Shown: positions 58,547 through 64,000 of the stretch, in pieces
Numbering within the stretch: the first letter of the stretch is position 1
Layout: every line of letters starts with the position of its first letter
DNA from: a virus
Direction: 5' to 3' (one strand)
DNA length: 64,000 nucleotides
IMG/VR virus record: IMGVR_UViG_3300023237_000012
Span: 6,643-70,642 of that record
Position numbers and translations under genes: made by a program
The notes under the pieces: generated by a model
The model's database searches: none
The model's input: only the letters and a program-made list of their open reading frames with translations
What the model was told of the DNA's origin: nothing

Positions 58547-59071
58547 CTAAAGGTTGTTTTCAGCATGTGCTATAATCTTAGCCCAATACTTAACAGTCTT
58601 ATTTCGAGTGTAACCTTTAGGTCCACCATTCCAATTCCTAGCCATCTTTTCAAATGAACTCTGTTTATGATAAGCATCAGCCCAAACATTAAACATCTCA
58701 ATTGAACTATTCCTATCAAAACGATCCTTCATTGTGTACCTCAGTTTTAAACCTGATCGCTTGAGTATCCGATTTACTTCTCTGACCATAATAGGTCTAA
58801 TCTGCATACAGCCAACAGAAGGTTCATCAAGATGAGTATCACCTACTGCTTTAGGATTGCCAGTGCTTTCAATATGAATAATCGCAGAGATTAGTTCTTC
58901 CCTACTATTGATCCGACCGTTCTTATTAGAGCGAAGCTCTATAGGATCTTTAACAGTAGACTGTTCAATTTTCTCTTTAGTGCAATGTGTAATATTTGCA
59001 TTCGAGGTTTCATTTGTAGGTGACCCGAGAAGCAACATAGCGCTAAGAGAAGATATTAGAATACTTCTCAT
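58547..59071 (-). CDS. Lysozyme-like / lytic transglycosylase with N-terminal signal
   Basis: AIIHIES, GCMQI, ARNWNGGP, YW; hydrophobic N-terminus. Confidence 0.8.
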   Translation of the reverse strand: MRSILISSLSAMLLLGSPTNETSNANITHCTKEKIEQSTVKDPIELRSNKNGRINSREELISAIIHIESTGNPKAVGDTHLDEPSVGCMQIRPIMVREVNRILKRSGLKLRYTMKDRFDRNSSIEMFNVWADAYHKQSSFEKMARNWNGGPKGYTRNKTVKYWAKIIAHAENNL

Positions 59072-59080
59072 ATAATATTT

Positions 59081-59311
59081 TTAGTCTACTAATTCCAAGA
59101 TATTAGCCTTAATTCTTAGGCTGTAGTTACGATCTTTAAGCATGACCCAATATTCGTCTTTCGACCCAACACGAATTACCTCACCGAAACAAACTTTATC
59201 TCGTAGTACTGGTAGGATATTCCCATCTCTGTCTGTCTTTCCCTCTGGGTGTGGTACTGGATGCATTTTTGCAACCCACGTAACTTTCGCACCATCTGCT
59301 AATTTTTTCAT
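59081..59311 (-). CDS. Small SH3-like hypothetical protein
   Basis: ORF track; beta-rich. Confidence 0.5.
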   Translation of the reverse strand: MKKLADGAKVTWVAKMHPVPHPEGKTDRDGNILPVLRDKVCFGEVIRVGSKDEYWVMLKDRNYSLRIKANILELVD

Positions 59312-59367
59312 ATTCCTTGAATTTATTTGTTTCAGTTTAAATATACCAATAATGCTGTAAGTTTGAA

Positions 59368-60021
59368 CTATCCTACATATAAGATAGTTGGGTTGTTCTT
59401 CTGAATATCAACCTCAGGAAATTGCTTTTTGAAGGTCATTGGGTTGAACGAAGGTGTGATTAAGTGAACACCATTCTTTGTTTCAACGACATGAACTGTA
59501 AGATCCTTTCCAGCTTCTTGAAGTAATAATTCAACTTTCTGACGAATTGCAACTAAGACGTCTAATTGCTTGTCTTTGTTACTTCCGTAATCTGCCCAAT
59601 CAATATCAAGAATCCATTTACGATGTGGTTCATTAGAATGTGCACCACAAGTACTTTCGTATGCCTTACGGACTGAACGGAAATCTCGGTTCATAATCTG
59701 ATCTGTGATTTTCTTAAGTGTGTTGAATGCTATCTTTTCAAAAGAACGACGGTTCAAGTTGATGTAAGCACGGGCACTATGAAAATCACAGAGGTGAACA
59801 ATTTCTCCTCGTTTCATTTTAAGGTACTCAGCAGAACTGATGTAGTATGTCTTAATGACAAGTGAATTGCTACCAAGATCTAGATGCTCCTTCTTACGCT
59901 TTAAAATCTGAAGGTGATAGAAATCATCCTCTGAGTCAAAGACAAGCATCGACTTAATCTGTTCAAAATTATCTACTTCATTTCTCATCTTAATATCCTT
60001 TGGGTTGTTTAAAGTCGCCAA
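59368..60021 (-). CDS. Phage protein with AEP/PrimPol-like motifs
   Basis: WILDID and ETKNGVHLIT. Confidence 0.5.
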   Translation of the reverse strand: MATLNNPKDIKMRNEVDNFEQIKSMLVFDSEDDFYHLQILKRKKEHLDLGSNSLVIKTYYISSAEYLKMKRGEIVHLCDFHSARAYINLNRRSFEKIAFNTLKKITDQIMNRDFRSVRKAYESTCGAHSNEPHRKWILDIDWADYGSNKDKQLDVLVAIRQKVELLLQEAGKDLTVHVVETKNGVHLITPSFNPMTFKKQFPEVDIQKNNPTILYVG

Positions 60022-60066
60022 TCATTCTGTTAACTATTTCAGTGTCTCCTGGTAAATAGAGTTAAG

Positions 60067-60288
60067 TCATCTGTATGAAATTTTAACGCTATGTACTTGT
60101 CTGATGAAAACTAAACTATCTGGATTACGCCGAGCTCCAGTTTCAATGTCAATCATTAAAAAACCAAAAGTAGGTCCATTGATACACAGCCATAACCGAC
60201 TTTGCCGATCTAAGAAATATGCACCACATTTAAGTTCTACTTTCACAGGATCTGTTTCACCTGGCAATAGCTTGACGACTGTTTCCAT
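60067..60288 (-). CDS. Hypothetical protein
   Basis: ORF track. Confidence 0.5.
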   Translation of the reverse strand: METVVKLLPGETDPVKVELKCGAYFLDRQSRLWLCINGPTFGFLMIDIETGARRNPDSLVFIRQVHSVKISYR

Positions 60289-60316
60289 CTAATGAATTAT
60301 AACAAATGATTTCATT

Positions 60317-60624
60317 TTAGTTGATAAATTGAATAAGTCTTACATTTACTTTATCAATATAACAAATTAAATTGACAAACCTTTGAACTTTATGAGATAG
60401 TATGAGCTTCTTTAATGTTCTCAATTTGAATTGGGTTGATCCACCCACCAAAACTCGGTGAGCTTTCAATCTCAATTAGTTCATCATAAGAATCTTGTTG
60501 CCCAATCTGATAATGAATGTTAACAATTTTTATATTCGTAGTAACAGCGTTAAGATCATCTTTACTTTCAGTCCTTGTCGGAACGTTCCTTCAATTTATC
60601 TTTAAACCAGTCTTCGTTTGCCAT
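60317..60624 (-). pseudogene. Frameshifted hypothetical gene
   Basis: MANEDWFKDK (ATG 60622-60624) continues as IEGTFRQGLKVKDDLN... for 93 codons in the adjacent frame if one A is added near 60595. Confidence 0.5.
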
Positions 60625-60626
60625 GA

Positions 60627-60845
60627 TTACTTAGTTACTTCCATTGTTTCATAAACACCTTCTTCATTAAATATTTTCATCCAAGTCGTAAGAAGTTGTG
60701 ATGCAGCTTTCTTGCTTATACCAAACTCACGCTCAATGTATACGCCTGCTCCAAACATGTTCGTAATACCATCATTTCTTAAATCGTTAAGAAACAAGAA
60801 TACTTCCTGATCATCTTTACTAATTTTAATTATTTCCGTTACCAT
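60627..60845 (-). CDS. Conserved small phage protein
   Basis: FLNDLRNDGITNMFGAG..I.REFG motif. Confidence 0.65.
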   Translation of the reverse strand: MVTEIIKISKDDQEVFLFLNDLRNDGITNMFGAGVYIEREFGISKKAASQLLTTWMKIFNEEGVYETMEVTK

Positions 60846-61152
60846 CTGTTGTAGTTTAATTACAATACAATATAACTATAAAATACTTACCATGAAAATA
60901 TTTATGACATTATTATGAATAGTCCATTAAATGAATATAGAATCTTGGAAATATCAAGATATTTTCTACATTAATAAAGATTGAATCTAATATAGTGTCA
61001 TCTGTAGTAGTATGTAGCTACTCTAATGGCTTCATTTATAGTTTTGAATAATTCTTCTTTCACGCCAGCGTAGAACTTAATATGAACATCATGCATTTCA
61101 TCAATTGCACTACTGTTTACTTTTCTTAGAATGCTAAAGTAAGTTATGACGT

Positions 61153-61341
61153 TCATTTGCTTCTTTCATTTATGTCTGAATGAATCGTGGCTATTTGGTC
61201 ATTTAATACATCATTAGATAATCTTCGTACTAAATCAACAATAGCTTTTTCATTCTCTTTATTTAGGATGATCTGTTTAAGTGGATCAATAACGATATGA
61301 AATACCAACCCAGTAATGTCATACCTGTGATTTTTGCTCAT
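61153..61341 (-). CDS. Small hypothetical protein
   Basis: ORF track; one of several 50-60 aa ORFs in this stretch. Confidence 0.4.
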   Translation of the reverse strand: MSKNHRYDITGLVFHIVIDPLKQIILNKENEKAIVDLVRRLSNDVLNDQIATIHSDINERSK

Positions 61342-61935
61342 TCTAATATTTTAACAATTTCTACTACAGCGTTTGAAGAAATTTACTCATTTATGGTTAC
61401 TACTCTCTTCGTCCATATTGCAGAGTAGATCATACTAGCATTGAGCTGTTATTAAGTTCATAAATACAGTAAAGAACCAATCATATTTAGATACAGCTAA
61501 GTATGGATATTTCATATACTAATTCTGGTATATACTCAAAGGCATCTGGCAAATCTTGAGATATGCGTCTAATGAAATCTTTTTCATAGTTCATTAACCC
61601 ACTCTGCCATAGTGTGTACTCAATATCAACAGTAACTCTGTTCATTTTAAATTGATTGGTACATTCTTAGTATCAAGATAATGCCCAGACACATTCTAAT
61701 CAGCTCAACAGCTTATATTAGTCATTCCCAGTAAAAAATAAAATGTACAGAATTACAGGCCAACCTATGACCCAAAGTAATCTATGAAAATTATTTAGAC
61801 CTAAGCCACCAGAAATCATTGCAACTACGTCAATAGAGAGGCTTACTAAACAGCCTATGAATAAGTAACCGATTATAATTTGTGCTAGGTCCATCAGATT
61901 AAATATAACATAAATAAACTAAAGTAGAAACTTAA

Positions 61936-61967
61936 GAAAAATAAAGTCACTATATAGCGACTTTATT
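61936..61967 (-). terminator. Intrinsic terminator
   Basis: Minus strand AATAAAGTCGC-TATATA-GTGACTTTATT followed by Ts. Confidence 0.65.
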
Positions 61968-61988
61968 AAATGTATGTTGACTTAATAT

Positions 61989-62325
61989 CTAATACTGTTC
62001 CCTTATCTCCTTGTCTTTAATTGCATCAAACAATTCTGCTTTTGTAAGCTGGTGTTCTCCTCCTCCACTATGTGGGGATGCGTCTTCCCAAGTATAAAAA
62101 TTATCTTTAAATCCAGTGTACTGCCATTCACCGTTCCACGCGTCCATCCCTGGATCGTATAGCACATACTTTTCACCATCAGTCAAATCCTCTACGCGAG
62201 TAACTAGTGAACCGACGTCATGTTTAGATAACCATTTTTGGATAAAGTTTCTTACCTTTATATTTAGACTCGTTGAGAGTTTTTGACCCTACTAAAAACT
62301 CTTTAAATGTTGGTACGTTTTTCAT
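61989..62325 (-). pseudogene. Tagged gene split by a frameshift
   Basis: MKNVPTFKEFLVGSKTLNES...LYPK continues as WLSKHDVGSLVTRVEDLTDGEKYVLYDPG if one A is removed from the run 62235-62239. Confidence 0.7.
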
Positions 62326-62335
62326 ATTTTTTTGT

Positions 62336-63703
62336 TTATAGATATCTCTTAGCCATTCGTTGCCAATTGCCAAGTCCAGCAACTTTGAAACCTGCTGCCT
62401 TAACAAATGTTCTCATCGAAACATCTTTAGCTGATTTCATAAATTCATAGATTTCTTCTTTATCTGCAAGTGGCATATCTACTGGATCCAAATGTGGAAG
62501 TAGAACTTTTAATCTCTCCATCAAAGTTGCATCGTCTGGATTAACATCGACAAGAATAGACCTTGAGCGAATTGCTCCGTCTGGGTCAATCTTTTGCTTA
62601 CTAAGATTTGAGATAAAAATAACTCTACCAGAAAAGTCAAATCTATTTGGAATTAATCCACTCTCTACAGCATTGAACTCTCCCTCTGGATCATTATCAT
62701 AATCTTTTGGATCATACAGCATTTTAAGTTTCTTCATATAAGAAACTTTTCTGATCTTCTTAGTATCGAGTGCTGTCTTAAGAATGTTACGACCATCTTC
62801 GTTTGAGAATACAGCGTCACAATCATCAAATACTAGAACTTTAGTTTTAAACTGATACATCACTTTGTACATCATGATAGTCGATACAGCTCCAGAGATT
62901 TTCATCCAATCATCACCTTCAACTAATCCTTCATCTGCCATTGCTCGGTCAACACTATAAGTCTTACCAGTTCCAGCTCTTCCTGAAATAAGCAAACTGT
63001 TAAATGCACCTGCAGCTACTGCTCTACTTATATCATAGATGTCATTCATAGTTTCTTCTAGGAACAACACTTTATCATCAAGTGTTTCTTCGTTCCTCTT
63101 AACAGTAGGGTCAGATTTTTCGATCATTACTTCTCCTCTCTTAATCTTAAGGATTTGTCCGTACGGAATACCAATCTCAACCGCAATCTTCTTACCAGAT
63201 TCACCATTAGCTAACTTCTGACCAATTATACGAATCTCGTCTGGTGTAAGAGATTTTCTACCTTCATACAGCTCACCCTCAAACAGTGCACTTTCGTTCA
63301 TAGCTTCTTTCGCGTACTTCTTATCTTTAATCAGCTTAGCAAATTCGCCAACTAATTGTATAATTGGAAACTCTTCACTAGTAATACTGAAGGTAGCTTT
63401 AGTGTCATAGAATTGTTCGAACCAATCTAACTGCCCAACAATTCCAGGTCCTCTTTCTGTGCCCCTTCCACTTACACGAAATGCAGTGTCATTTTTATTA
63501 CTATAGAACATAATACCAGGAACTCCGTTATAATACGTAAGGAATGGGAACTTTTTAAAATCACCACCAACTTTCCTATTAATATAACTCCCAATAAGCT
63601 CAGCAGCTTTGTTTAATTTTGGCTCTCCCATTATCCCAGTGGTTCCAGCCATAATGCCCTCAGATAACATGTTAAATTCTTCGAAAGAATTAATTCTTTT
63701 CAT
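62336..63703 (-). CDS. AAA-type ATPase with N-terminal tag and central HTH
   Basis: MKRINSFEEFNMLSEG; HTH-like GESGKKIAVEIGIPYGQILKIKRG; Walker A GRAGTGKT; Walker B VFDDCD; AIRSRS; promoter at 63726-63733. Confidence 0.8.
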   Translation of the reverse strand: MKRINSFEEFNMLSEGIMAGTTGIMGEPKLNKAAELIGSYINRKVGGDFKKFPFLTYYNGVPGIMFYSNKNDTAFRVSGRGTERGPGIVGQLDWFEQFYDTKATFSITSEEFPIIQLVGEFAKLIKDKKYAKEAMNESALFEGELYEGRKSLTPDEIRIIGQKLANGESGKKIAVEIGIPYGQILKIKRGEVMIEKSDPTVKRNEETLDDKVLFLEETMNDIYDISRAVAAGAFNSLLISGRAGTGKTYSVDRAMADEGLVEGDDWMKISGAVSTIMMYKVMYQFKTKVLVFDDCDAVFSNEDGRNILKTALDTKKIRKVSYMKKLKMLYDPKDYDNDPEGEFNAVESGLIPNRFDFSGRVIFISNLSKQKIDPDGAIRSRSILVDVNPDDATLMERLKVLLPHLDPVDMPLADKEEIYEFMKSAKDVSMRTFVKAAGFKVAGLGNWQRMAKRYL

Positions 63704-63724
63704 TTATATTGATTGTTTATTAGT

Positions 63725-63856
63725 TTATATATTAGTATTACTCTGTGTACCTTTAAAACCAATCTTAATAAAATCTCCCGCCTCTGCCTGATGTAGTCCC
63801 TTTATGTAATCTTCACCTTCATTTATAAACTACGAGTATGTTTTAAAGTTTTTCAT
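63725..63856 (-). pseudogene. Tagged mini-gene with in-frame amber codon
   Basis: ATG AAA AAC TTT AAA ACA TAC TCG TAG TTT ATA AAT GAA GGT = MKNFKTYS*FINEG, then open to TAA. Confidence 0.6.
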
Positions 63857-63941
63857 ATTATTAGTATCAGATAGTATATCAATCCCAATAATGAGGGACT
63901 TTCTGCACCTCTTCCTCACTATCCAATCCTCCGGCTTCCGG

Positions 63942-63996
63942 GCCTCTATTGACCTGCCTCTATTGACCTGCCTCTATTGACCTGCCTCTATTGACC
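63942..63996. repeat. 14-bp tandem repeat GCCTCTATTGACCT x3.9
   Basis: Copies start at 63942, 63956, 63970 and 63984. Confidence 0.95.
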
Positions 63997-64000
63997 AAAT

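Larger units (their letters stand above)
662..63733 (-). promoter_or_regulatory. Dispersed late-type promoter motif [GA]ATA[TA]ATA
   Basis: Copies at 662, 2233, 5102, 7427, 7800, 19121, 23012, 32355, 34986, 36350, 37416, 38410, 44516, 46219, 48633, 52298 and 63726, each intergenic and upstream of a start; cf. T4 late promoter TATAAATA. Confidence 0.75.

Noticed and set aside
62224-62406. 60-aa ORF as given in the track (also the N-terminal extensions of 25416..25970, 40633..42123 and 46228..47028)
   Set aside because: The extensions overlap upstream genes; internal ATGs with A-rich leaders or tags are better starts
63890-63940. GAAAGTCC resembling the RNase P RNA signature
   Set aside because: Only a short match; the surrounding sequence reads as a protein C-terminus and no other RNase P helices were seen
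1-64000. Genome-wide TAG-to-Gln recoding as in Lak and some crAss-like phages
   Set aside because: ORFs of 1000-1500 aa are uninterrupted in code 11, and TAG ends several genes at plausible C-termini (7442, 7810, 38419, 48699); only isolated in-frame ambers were seen
1-64000. tRNA, rRNA, integrase, transposase, intron or intein
   Set aside because: No cloverleaf or T-loop signatures or relevant protein motifs were recognised by eye; tRNAscan-SE and Infernal were not run

Overview
The window is a 64-kb segment of a large, AT-rich, T4-related tailed phage (jumbo/megaphage-like myovirus), coded almost entirely on the minus strand in the standard genetic code. A-rich leaders without Shine-Dalgarno motifs suggest a Bacteroidota host (inference). 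Left to right it carries: a replication/recombination block (UvsW, UvsY, primase, gp32 SSB, GroES, RuvC-like nuclease); a long tail/baseplate/neck block; an amidoligase and a ribosomal protein S1-like gene; a Gly-rich tail fibre with an adjacent glycosyltransferase and sulfotransferase; and an accessory region (dCMP deaminase, DNA ligase, DnaJ, muramidase, AAA ATPase). The strongest cross-cutting signal is about 15 otherwise unrelated genes sharing a short N-terminal tag (M-K-x-[ILV]-x-x-[FY]-x-[EQD]-[FY]...[LI]-N-E). The tag resembles the T4 capsid-targeting/prohead-protease sequence MKTYQEFIAE, and many of these genes sit behind their own GATATATA late-type promoter. This points to a modular system for packaging and processing cargo in the head. 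Candidate cargoes include an HTH-AAA ATPase, a possible ADP-ribosyltransferase and a fusion-peptide-like GLFG segment; several tagged genes are broken by single lesions. All calls are from reading motifs by eye; no searches were run.
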